A DNA stretch of 32,000 bases from Acaryochloris marina S15. Lineage in GTDB: Bacteria > Cyanobacteriota > Cyanobacteriia > Thermosynechococcales > Thermosynechococcaceae. The notes beneath the pieces are model-generated. The model worked only from the letters and a program-made list of their open reading frames with translations. It was not told where the DNA came from and ran no database searches. Below, piece by piece: positions 25,001 through 32,000 of this stretch (its first letter is position 1; every line of letters begins with the position of its first letter). The stretch covers positions 1,500,001-1,532,000 of the forward strand of contig NZ_CP064923.1 of the NCBI RefSeq assembly GCF_018336915.1. The letters are read 5' to 3'. Both the position numbers and the translations under genes were made by a program.

Positions 25001-25711
25001 TTAGGCGGCCCAAGCATAAGACACAGCTTCGGAAGCTCGCTGAATACCATTAAAGAATTTCAGTCGAGAATCCATCGCCTTCCTGATCGCACGATCCAAA
25101 CAGATGGAGTCTTCCACCGTCCTTAATCGGGGTTCGATCAGCGCTTCCAAATGAGCCGCATGGTCATCATCTAGATCAATATGTACTTCGAAAAAGATCA
25201 GTGCTTCCGAGGAAAAAGGGGATGCCCCGACAATGCCTTGACGAATTTGGGTATATAGGGAATTCACAATTCCTTCTGATGCGAAGCAAACAGCTCCCAA
25301 CGCGGCTAAATAACCATATTTATGGGATAGAGAAAGATAGGTATCAATCATGGCCTGGGTTTCTGGCTCAGGAGGCGTCAGTTCTAACGTCCCATCATCA
25401 ATCCCTAAAGAACGGGTAAAGCGCCGGAATAATTCTGGATGAGCATGAGCCAAGTTGCCCTGTCCCATTTCATCCAAGAGATTTTCCATAATCACCAACT
25501 GGGCACTCTCATCGGGGCAACAAGACATAATGCTGGCCAGGATGCGATTAAAGGCTTGGGAAAATTTGTACATCTGAACCGCTAAAACACGCACTTCTGC
25601 CAATGTCAGCTCTCCAGCCCGACATTGCTCAAGAACAGGATGTCTCCAGAGGGGATGTCGTTCGGTAAGACTGCGAAAAGAATCCATAGAGTTAACAGTG
25701 ATCGTTCTCAT
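25001..25711 (-). CDS. Heme-oxygenase-like diiron oxidase/oxygenase family protein (iron-containing redox enzyme family)
   Basis: 236 aa and all-helical. Candidate 3-His/3-carboxylate ligands lie in MENLLDEMGQGNLAHAHPELF, CFASEGI and FFEVHIDLDDDHAAH. This spacing resembles CADD/UndA/SznF-type sites as I remember them. Confidence 0.75.
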   Translation of the reverse strand: MRTITVNSMDSFRSLTERHPLWRHPVLEQCRAGELTLAEVRVLAVQMYKFSQAFNRILASIMSCCPDESAQLVIMENLLDEMGQGNLAHAHPELFRRFTRSLGIDDGTLELTPPEPETQAMIDTYLSLSHKYGYLAALGAVCFASEGIVNSLYTQIRQGIVGASPFSSEALIFFEVHIDLDDDHAAHLEALIEPRLRTVEDSICLDRAIRKAMDSRLKFFNGIQRASEAVSYAWAA

Positions 25712-26475
25712 TTGTGCACCTCAATCGCCATATGTAAGGGGTAATCAACTAACGGTCCGAAAAAGTCTGGGTCAAGTTCAACGTGCTCAGGTAAAACCCG
25801 TAATTCACGTACAGTTGGCATGCTAGAAAAACCAGCCATTTGCAAGGCTTCAAAGAAATCTTGCAGGGTTTTATGAATCAGCTGGACCTCTAGCCAGGAA
25901 CCATCGCGCTTCCAAATGCGCCCTGGACATTGCTGGTCACGTCCACTGAAATAGTTATTGCCATCCACTTCGAAATAAAAGGGGAACTCAGCTTGACGCA
26001 TATAAGGAAAGGAGGGGTGAGGGATGCTAAACACAAACCGCCCTCCGGGTTCCAGCACTTGAAAGATTTCTGCCATGCAAGCCTGGGTTTGGGCAACGGT
26101 TAGGTAGTTAAACAAGAAAACAGCAACTACTAAGTCAAACCGGTCTTGGGTGTAATGACGGACGTCCGTAGCACATCCCGCCTGATAGGTAATCCCCAGA
26201 GGCTCTTGTTGTTCTTGAGCCTGGGCGGCTTCAATCATCCGCGGGGAGAGATCGACGCCTAAAACGGAGGCTGCCCCCAGCTGTCGGAGTTGGCGACTAC
26301 AGTACCCTTCGCCACATCCGAGATCCAGAATCTTTTGTCCTGAAACAGGGGTACACATCTCCAAAATAGCGGGACGGGCTGTGAAATCAGAGAGAGAACT
26401 GGGGCCACCTCGAACCCATCGAGCCGCTGTATCGTTGTACAGGGATTGGGTTACTTGTTTATTGGCAGTAATCAT
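25708..26475 (-). CDS. Class I SAM-dependent methyltransferase
   Basis: 255 aa. Motif I is ILDLGCGEGYCSRQL, post-I is VLGVDLSPRMIE, and further motifs are FDLVVAVFLFNYL and LEPGGRFVFSIPHP. It has a 4-nt ATGA overlap with the downstream diiron-enzyme gene. Confidence 0.9.
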   Translation of the reverse strand: MITANKQVTQSLYNDTAARWVRGGPSSLSDFTARPAILEMCTPVSGQKILDLGCGEGYCSRQLRQLGAASVLGVDLSPRMIEAAQAQEQQEPLGITYQAGCATDVRHYTQDRFDLVVAVFLFNYLTVAQTQACMAEIFQVLEPGGRFVFSIPHPSFPYMRQAEFPFYFEVDGNNYFSGRDQQCPGRIWKRDGSWLEVQLIHKTLQDFFEALQMAGFSSMPTVRELRVLPEHVELDPDFFGPLVDYPLHMAIEVHK

Positions 26476-26719
26476 GTATTCTTCTGGGTCCTAAATGGAT
26501 GAACAACACAAATGAAAGATTGGGTAACACTTCAGCGAAAATCTGGCATAAATATATGATCTGCTGTTACTTCAGATAGAGATGAGAAGGAATGAATGGA
26601 TAGGGGGAAATATCCACTTTTTCGATCATGCCTAGGATTAGTCATTAACCAATCACCGCCTAATGTTGTTGACTACTCAACTGAATTTTTCCACAAAAAA
26701 TATTTTAGTATTTTTGCCA

Positions 26720-26735
26720 TAGAGAATATTCTCTA
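26720..26735. promoter_or_regulatory. 16-bp perfect palindrome in the AT-rich divergent intergenic region
   Basis: TAGAGAATATTCTCTA lies about 245 bp upstream of the methyltransferase start. It could be a dimeric-regulator site, but no other support exists. Confidence 0.3.
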
Positions 26736-27440
26736 CATAGCTTTCACTACCGTAGAAACAGTGCCTTTAGATACCCTTTCATCCAAGAGATAGACAATGC
26801 TACCTATGTGGATTTATCTCCGATTACTTGTGATGAAAAAATATAGGCATCAGCTCATAAATATCTTTAAGGAGAAATGTTCAGCTTGTTTTGATTGGGG
26901 CAATTCATCATTAAAAACTGATTTAATTTTCAACGATAAATCAGAGAATATTAGGTCTGCCTAGGAGTCGCATCAGTGTAATCACGTAACTTTAATGCAC
27001 GGAAACACCCATAGATAAGGTTTTTTTGAGTGGTTACACGCATGTCTTGAGGTTTGGGAATTGATTATTTCAACGAGTACTCATTTCAATATTATTGAAA
27101 AATAAACTTAAAAAACTCATTATTAATTAATTATTAATACTTAATAAAGAAAGGTCAACTCCTGAATTTTGAATGCTCACAGCCTTAAACATATATTCTT
27201 TCCACCTTAAGTAATTACAGATTCTCGTATAGAGACACTCTGCTGATCTAGAAATTATTCTCTTCAGCAAATATTCCTAAAAAAATTTCCTTGGATTTCA
27301 ATCTTTTTTCGAGCTAGAGAGCGGGATTATTAGTCTTTATAAAGATAAAAATGGTCAAAATAAACTTCACGCCTTGGAACATGTTTTGGCAGATGGGGAA
27401 CCCTAGAGCTGTTGAAATTTAGATCGTTGGGGAGACTCTC

Positions 27441-28004
27441 ATGTATGGCCTAGTCAATAAAGCCATTGAAGAGATGGTGCGCAGCCATTTTAGTGATGCA
27501 ACCTGGGACGCGATCAAACAAAAAGCTGAGGTCAAAACAGAAGCTTTTATCAGTATGGAAGGCTATCCCGATGAATTGACCTACCGGTTGGTGGGGGCTG
27601 CTAGTGAAGTATTAAAGCTCTCTCCCGCAGCAGTTATGCATGCCTTCGGTAAGTATTGGGTTCAGTTCACGGCCAAAGAAGGGTATGGAGAACTGATGGA
27701 AATGAATGGGGAAGATTTACCCGAATTCCTGGAGAATCTGGATGAGCTGCATGCCCGTGTCGGTGTGATGTTTCCCAAGTTACAGCCCCCATCCTTTGAC
27801 TGCGATGAAGCGGATGAGGAGGAATTAACCTTGCATTATCACTCGGAACGAGACGGACTAGCCCCCATGGTCATGGGATTGGTAGAAGGGCTGGGAGAAC
27901 GTTTTGAAACAGAGGTAGATATCAACCAGACCCACAGCCGCGAGGAGGGCGCCGATCATGATCAGTTCTCAGTTAAATACAAAGTCAAGTGCCCCTTCCA
28001 TTAA
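27441..28004 (+). CDS. H-NOX (heme nitric oxide/oxygen-binding) sensor protein
   Basis: 187 aa. MYGLVNKAIEEMV... aligns by eye along its whole length with my recollection of Nostoc sp. H-NOX and the sGC beta1 N-terminus. The proximal His is in NLDELHARVG (His104, codon 27750-27752). The heme-propionate motif Y-x-S-x-R is LHYHSERDG. Confidence 0.95.
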   Translation: MYGLVNKAIEEMVRSHFSDATWDAIKQKAEVKTEAFISMEGYPDELTYRLVGAASEVLKLSPAAVMHAFGKYWVQFTAKEGYGELMEMNGEDLPEFLENLDELHARVGVMFPKLQPPSFDCDEADEEELTLHYHSERDGLAPMVMGLVEGLGERFETEVDINQTHSREEGADHDQFSVKYKVKCPFH

Positions 28005-29514
28005 TCCGATCGAGCGCAGTTTACCCCCCGAAAGTTTTGCTCAGGTTTTCCCCTTCCATTTTGTTTTCAATCGCAACTTAGAGATTCTGCAAGCGGGCAA
28101 GGTTCTGCAACGCATTTCTCCTGAAGGGTTGATTGGCGGGCAGGTAGATGATTTTTTTCAGATCCAGCGTCCAAAAGTGGCGCTAGATTTTGATGCCCTG
28201 GTGAAAAAGTCGAAAAAACTCTTTTTAATCGAATCGATTCACCAGGGATTCCAGTTAAAGGGCCAGTTGATGCCCATTGAGTCAGAGGAGGTGATGTTCT
28301 TTATCGGCTCCCTCTGGGTCACAGATTTCTCCGACCTCAAAGACTATGGGGTAAAGCTGCAGGACTTTGCCACCCATGAACCCACATCAGATTTTCTCTA
28401 TCTGCTACAAGCTCGATCCACGGCCCTGACTGATACCACCCATATGGCAGAGGAGTTAGCGGCCAAACAAACCGAATTAGAGCAGACCTTGCAGGTGGTT
28501 CAGGAGAAAAATAACAACTTGCAGGTAACCCTCAAACAATTAGAAACTACTCAGGAGCAGCTAATTCAATCGGAAAAGATGGCATCCTTAGGCCAGTTAA
28601 TTGCCGGAATTGCCCACGAAATCAATACACCGTTGGGCGCTATCCGATCCTCCGTAGAAAATATCTCTGACTTTTTAGAACGCAATTTAGGGGCACTCCC
28701 TAGCTTTTTCCAGGATTTAACGGGGGAGTGCCATCAATTATTTGCAGAGTTGCTGGACTCGGCCAACCAGGATCTGGTGATCCTCAGTAGTCGCGAAAAA
28801 CGCAAACTGAAGCGGGGAAATATCCGCATTCTGGAAGCGGAAGGGATCGATCAGGCTGATGATGTGGCGGATACCTTAGCGGAGCTGAATTATCTGGAAG
28901 AGATCGAGGTTCTTGTCCCCCGGCTGCAGTCGGTAGGAGGACGCCAGACCTTAGATATGGCCTATCAATTTTCAACCCTGCTGAATAGCACTAAGACGAT
29001 CAGAACCGCCACGGATAAGGCAGCCAAAGTGGTCTTTGCCCTGAAGAGCTACTCCCACTTTGACCATACGGGCAACAAGGCACCCACAAATCTCATTTAC
29101 GATATTGAAACGGTTTTGACTCTCTACCAAAGCCAGCTCAAGAATGGGGTGGAGGTCATTCGCAATTATGAGCCCATTCCAACGGTGTCCTGCTACCACG
29201 ACGAACTGAGTCAGGTGTGGACCAATCTGATTCATAACGCTCTACAGGCGATGGACTATCAAGGCACCTTAACTCTGGATGTCCAGCAACAGGAAAATCA
29301 GATTCAAGTCAAAGTTGCCGACAGCGGCCAGGGGATACCGGCTGAAGTCATGCCCAAGATATTCCAACCCTTTTTTACCACTAAACCCCCTGGAGAAGGG
29401 AGCGGTCTAGGACTCGATATTGTCCAAAAGATTGTGAAGAAGCATGAGGGAGATATTTCAGTGGAATCCGAACCCGGAAAAACCCAATTTACAGTGTCGA
29501 TCCCCCTGGCTTAA
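27958..29514 (+). CDS. HNOBA-domain sensor histidine kinase (H-NOX-associated kinase)
   Basis: 518 aa. The N-terminal region FAQVFPFHFVFNRNLEILQAGKVLQRI matches the sGC-type HNOBA (PAS-like) domain. A coiled coil (QTELEQTLQVVQEKNNNLQVTLKQLETTQEQLIQSEKM) and the H-box IAGIAHEINTPLGAI follow. The HATPase motifs are HNALQAM, DSGQGIP and GEGSGLGL. The start is uncertain because the ATG at 27958 overlaps the H-NOX gene by 47 nt. Confidence 0.9.
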   Translation: MISSQLNTKSSAPSINPIERSLPPESFAQVFPFHFVFNRNLEILQAGKVLQRISPEGLIGGQVDDFFQIQRPKVALDFDALVKKSKKLFLIESIHQGFQLKGQLMPIESEEVMFFIGSLWVTDFSDLKDYGVKLQDFATHEPTSDFLYLLQARSTALTDTTHMAEELAAKQTELEQTLQVVQEKNNNLQVTLKQLETTQEQLIQSEKMASLGQLIAGIAHEINTPLGAIRSSVENISDFLERNLGALPSFFQDLTGECHQLFAELLDSANQDLVILSSREKRKLKRGNIRILEAEGIDQADDVADTLAELNYLEEIEVLVPRLQSVGGRQTLDMAYQFSTLLNSTKTIRTATDKAAKVVFALKSYSHFDHTGNKAPTNLIYDIETVLTLYQSQLKNGVEVIRNYEPIPTVSCYHDELSQVWTNLIHNALQAMDYQGTLTLDVQQQENQIQVKVADSGQGIPAEVMPKIFQPFFTTKPPGEGSGLGLDIVQKIVKKHEGDISVESEPGKTQFTVSIPLA

Positions 29515-29555
29515 TGCTGGCAAGGGATAGAGTAGCCGTTTAGCAATGGATAAAG

Positions 29556-29954
29556 GTGATGGTTAAGCCAGTGGTTCTATGTGTAGATGATGAGAAAGTT
29601 ATTTTAGACAGTCTCAAAATACAGATTAAGAAAGAACTGAGCGACCTCTGCAATGTTGAAGCGGCCATCGATGCCAACGAAGCCTTAGAAATTGTGGAAG
29701 AGCTGCAGGAAGAGGGCGTAGATGTAGTGTTGGTGCTGTGTGATTGGCTGATGCCAGGGATGAAGGGCGACGAGTTTTTCGTCAAACTCCATCAAGATCA
29801 TCCCAGTATTATCAAGATTATGCTCTCTGGGCAAGCCGATCAGGCAGCCATTGAACGGGCCAAAGAAGAGGCAGACCTCCATCGGTTTATCCATAAGCCT
29901 TGGCGTAAAAGCGAATTAATTGAACTGCTGAAGTCAAACCTGGAAGCGCTATGA
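29556..29954 (+). CDS. Single-domain response regulator (REC only)
   Basis: 132 aa. Motifs: LCVDDE, the acceptor Asp in [14 protein letters not shown], and MLSGQAD. The conserved Lys sits in FIHKPW. Confidence 0.9.
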   Translation: MMVKPVVLCVDDEKVILDSLKIQIKKELSDLCNVEAAIDANEALEIVEELQEEGVDVVLVLCDWLMPGMKGDEFFVKLHQDHPSIIKIMLSGQADQAAIERAKEEADLHRFIHKPWRKSELIELLKSNLEAL

Positions 29955-32000
29955 GTAAGCCTTTTATCCTTTGTGTGGATGACGAATCTACCGTTCTAGA
30001 GTCCCTCAAAATTGAATTACGCAAATCCATCGGCCAGGACTGCGCCATTGAAACAGCTCAGGGGGGTGAAGAAGCCCTAGAGATTGTGGATGAACTCCTA
30101 GAAGATGAATATGAAGTGGCGGTGGTGATCTCTGACTACATCATGCCTGGCATGAAGGGGGATCAGGTGCTTCAGCGCATTCATGAGAAATCCCCCGAGA
30201 CGATCACGGTGATGCTGACGGGGCAGGCAGACGTAGATGCGATCGCACATGCCGTTACCCATGCCGATCTCTATCGCTACATTGCCAAACCCTGGCAGTC
30301 AGACGATTTGAAGTTAACCATTTCCGCTGCGGTCCAGAGTTATCTGACAGATCAGCAGTTAGCCGATCAAAATCAAGAACTACAGTCGGTGAACCAACAG
30401 CTGCAGCGACAGACAGCGGAACAAGAACAGGTCATTCAAGAGCGGACTGCTGCCTTAGAGGCCGCCAATCAGAATCTGAATCTGCAAATTCAACGGGTTC
30501 TACTGGTTGAGCAGATTACCCAAGACATTCGTCGCAGCCTCGATACCCAGCATATTTTCCAAACCACCGTCGATCAGTTGGGCTATACCCTAGAAACCAA
30601 TCGCTGCTTTATTCAAAGCTATTCAATCCAGACTTCTGCAGACTCTGATCTGGCGGAGTATTTAGAGATAGATTATGCCTCCTGCCTGGAACTGGAGATG
30701 GGCAATCATCCTTTGCTGTCAGAAATTTTTGGTCATGATCGCGTATGGGCTATTCCTGAACTAGATCGGGACAAGATGACTGAGGGGGAAATCCAGTTTT
30801 GTGAACAGGCCCAGCTCAAGTCTTTGATGGCGACTCGCACCTCCTATCAGGGCCAAGCCAATGGGGTAATTGTGCTACATCAGTGCGATCGCAACCGCAA
30901 TTGGTCTGCAGCAGATATCGAACTGTTAGAAGCCGTGGCGGGTCAGGTGGGAATTGCCATTGCCCAAGCCCAACTCTTAGAGCAAGAGCAACAGCAGCGC
31001 CAGGCCTTAGAAACCAACAATACGGCCCTGGTACAAGCCAAGCGAGAGGCCGATACGGCCAATCAATCTAAATCCCAGTTCTTAGCCAATATGAGCCATG
31101 AGCTGCGGACTCCCATGAATGCCGTGATTGGCATGACCGGTCTGCTGCTGAATACAGATTTGGATGTGCAGCAAGAAGACTTTGTGGAAACCATCCGCAG
31201 CAGCGGGGATGCATTGTTAAGCCTGATCAACGATATTTTAGATTTCTCCAAAATAGAAGCTGGGAAGCTGGAATTTGAGAATCAGCCCTTTGACCTACGG
31301 ATTTGTATCGAACAGGCCCTCCGCATTGTCGCCCCGAGAGCGGTGGATAAATCCTTAGAGTTGGCGTACCTATTTGAACCCGAGACTCCTGAGTGGATCG
31401 TGGGAGATGTGACCCGGCTGCGGCAAATTATCGTAAACTTGCTCACCAATGGCATCAAGTTTACGGAGACTGGCGAAGTGGTGGTCTATATCGAAGACGT
31501 TACGGCCGATAGTCCCACCCCAGTCCGAGCAGGACACCATATGCTCCAGATTGTGGTTAAAGACACGGGGATTGGCATTCCTGCCGATCGCATGGATCGA
31601 TTGTTTAAATCCTTTAGCCAAGTAGATGCGTCCACCACCCGCAAATATGGCGGTACGGGCTTAGGGTTAGCCATTTGTCATCGACTGTGTGAGCTGATGG
31701 GAGGCCACATGTGGGTCACAAGCAAAGTCGGCCAAGGCTCTTCCTTCTGCTTCACGATTTCCGTCCCCGTGGCTGATCCGGCTCAGCGACCCATGATTTC
31801 CCCTGCCCACCTGGATGGCAAGCATCTGTTGATCGTGGACGATAATCCTACCAACTGTAAAATTTTGACCCTGCAAGCAAAGGCCTGGGGCATGACCAGC
31901 CAGGCCGTCCAGGGAGGTGCCGCCGCCTTAGAACTGCTGACAGCCGATCATTCCTTCGATCTGGCTGTCCTGGATATGCAAATGCCAGAAATGGATGGGT
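29951..32000 (+). CDS. Hybrid sensor histidine kinase (REC, coiled coil, GAF, HisKA, HATPase, REC...); runs off the right edge
   Basis: Not in the ORF track because it is open to the window end. My translation begins [20 protein letters not shown]...[12 protein letters not shown]...YIAKPW, which is REC1. A coiled coil and a GAF domain follow ([21 protein letters not shown]...[20 protein letters not shown]). The H-box is [16 protein letters not shown] and the HATPase motifs are [17 protein letters not shown] and [12 protein letters not shown]2 starts at [12 protein letters not shown]...[14 protein letters not shown]. The gene shares an ATGA overlap with the upstream REC gene. Confidence 0.9.
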   Translation, partial: MSKPFILCVDDESTVLESLKIELRKSIGQDCAIETAQGGEEALEIVDELLEDEYEVAVVISDYIMPGMKGDQVLQRIHEKSPETITVMLTGQADVDAIAHAVTHADLYRYIAKPWQSDDLKLTISAAVQSYLTDQQLADQNQELQSVNQQLQRQTAEQEQVIQERTAALEAANQNLNLQIQRVLLVEQITQDIRRSLDTQHIFQTTVDQLGYTLETNRCFIQSYSIQTSADSDLAEYLEIDYASCLELEMGNHPLLSEIFGHDRVWAIPELDRDKMTEGEIQFCEQAQLKSLMATRTSYQGQANGVIVLHQCDRNRNWSAADIELLEAVAGQVGIAIAQAQLLEQEQQQRQALETNNTALVQAKREADTANQSKSQFLANMSHELRTPMNAVIGMTGLLLNTDLDVQQEDFVETIRSSGDALLSLINDILDFSKIEAGKLEFENQPFDLRICIEQALRIVAPRAVDKSLELAYLFEPETPEWIVGDVTRLRQIIVNLLTNGIKFTETGEVVVYIEDVTADSPTPVRAGHHMLQIVVKDTGIGIPADRMDRLFKSFSQVDASTTRKYGGTGLGLAICHRLCELMGGHMWVTSKVGQGSSFCFTISVPVADPAQRPMISPAHLDGKHLLIVDDNPTNCKILTLQAKAWGMTSQAVQGGAAALELLTADHSFDLAVLDMQMPEMDG

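Noticed and set aside
24790-25050. 86-aa minus-strand ORF bridging the gap between the diiron-enzyme gene and the TauD-like gene
   Set aside because: It overlaps both neighbours out of frame, has no recognisable motif and is not an N-terminal extension of the TauD gene because the frame differs.
26596-26793. 65-aa plus-strand ORF in the AT-rich spacer
   Set aside because: Its composition matches non-coding AT-rich DNA. It has no ribosome-binding context or motif and it contains the 16-bp palindrome. It is most likely spurious.
27441-29514. H-NOX and HNOBA-kinase as one gene split by a frameshift or sequencing error
   Set aside because: The H-NOX ORF ends at essentially the same length and with the same C-terminal pattern (..DHDxFS(I/V)KY..) as the stand-alone Nostoc H-NOX I remember. 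A two-gene arrangement is therefore the native state.
1643-30892. At least 13 exact GCGATCGC octamers, at 1643, 2693, 6732, 7609, 10342, 10468, 13172, 14907, 20925, 22290, 24431, 30239 and 30885
   Set aside because: This is the well-known cyanobacterial HIP1 element, far above the chance expectation of fewer than one per 32 kb. It is useful as taxonomic evidence but is not a novel feature. I did not see it inside the IS630 element or the 18.1-19.5 kb gene group, which fits those being newer DNA, but the sample is too small to conclude that.
1-32000. tRNA, rRNA, tmRNA or riboswitch genes
   Set aside because: Scanning the intergenic regions by eye showed no tRNA-like T-arm/acceptor pattern (GGTTCGAATCC-type) and no rRNA-like or riboswitch consensus I recognise. 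A covariance-model scan would be needed to exclude small RNAs.

Overview
This is a cyanobacterial chromosomal window. I count at least 13 exact copies of the HIP1 octamer GCGATCGC, and it also holds a cyAbrB regulator and a Nostoc-like H-NOX. I read it as five blocks.

(1) 1-10046, all on the minus strand: a four-gene cluster that I consider the most novel content. It encodes an outer-membrane beta-barrel-like protein with a long Pro-rich repeat region. Next come a membrane-anchored protein with one DUF3131-like module and a secreted 1556-aa protein with three such modules joined by (Ala-Pro)n linkers. The last gene is a cellulose-synthase-like GT2 glycan synthase, which runs off the left edge and is absent from the ORF track. 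Its catalytic domain is interrupted by a GHKL/HATPase-like module. glmU lies immediately upstream on the same strand.

(2) 11.5-19.5 kb: a cyAbrB regulator and a short type IA topoisomerase. These are followed by an intact IS630-family element with an A7 -1 frameshift site, and a vapBC pair whose PIN toxin carries an in-frame amber codon. A small AT-richer group of a P4H-like 2OG oxygenase plus unknown ORFs completes the block.

(3) 19.8-23.7 kb: housekeeping genes trpB, a TauE/SafE permease and hemB, plus an intact parDE pair.

(4) 23.8-26.5 kb, minus strand: a compact cassette of a SAM methyltransferase, a heme-oxygenase-like diiron enzyme and a TauD-family Fe/2OG dioxygenase. It looks like a cryptic small-molecule biosynthetic operon.

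(5) 27.4-32 kb, plus strand: an NO-signalling module of H-NOX, an HNOBA-histidine kinase, a single-domain receiver and a REC-GAF hybrid kinase that runs off the right edge.

I found no rRNA, tRNA or CRISPR array. All family assignments come from motif recognition by eye and memory. No searches were run.
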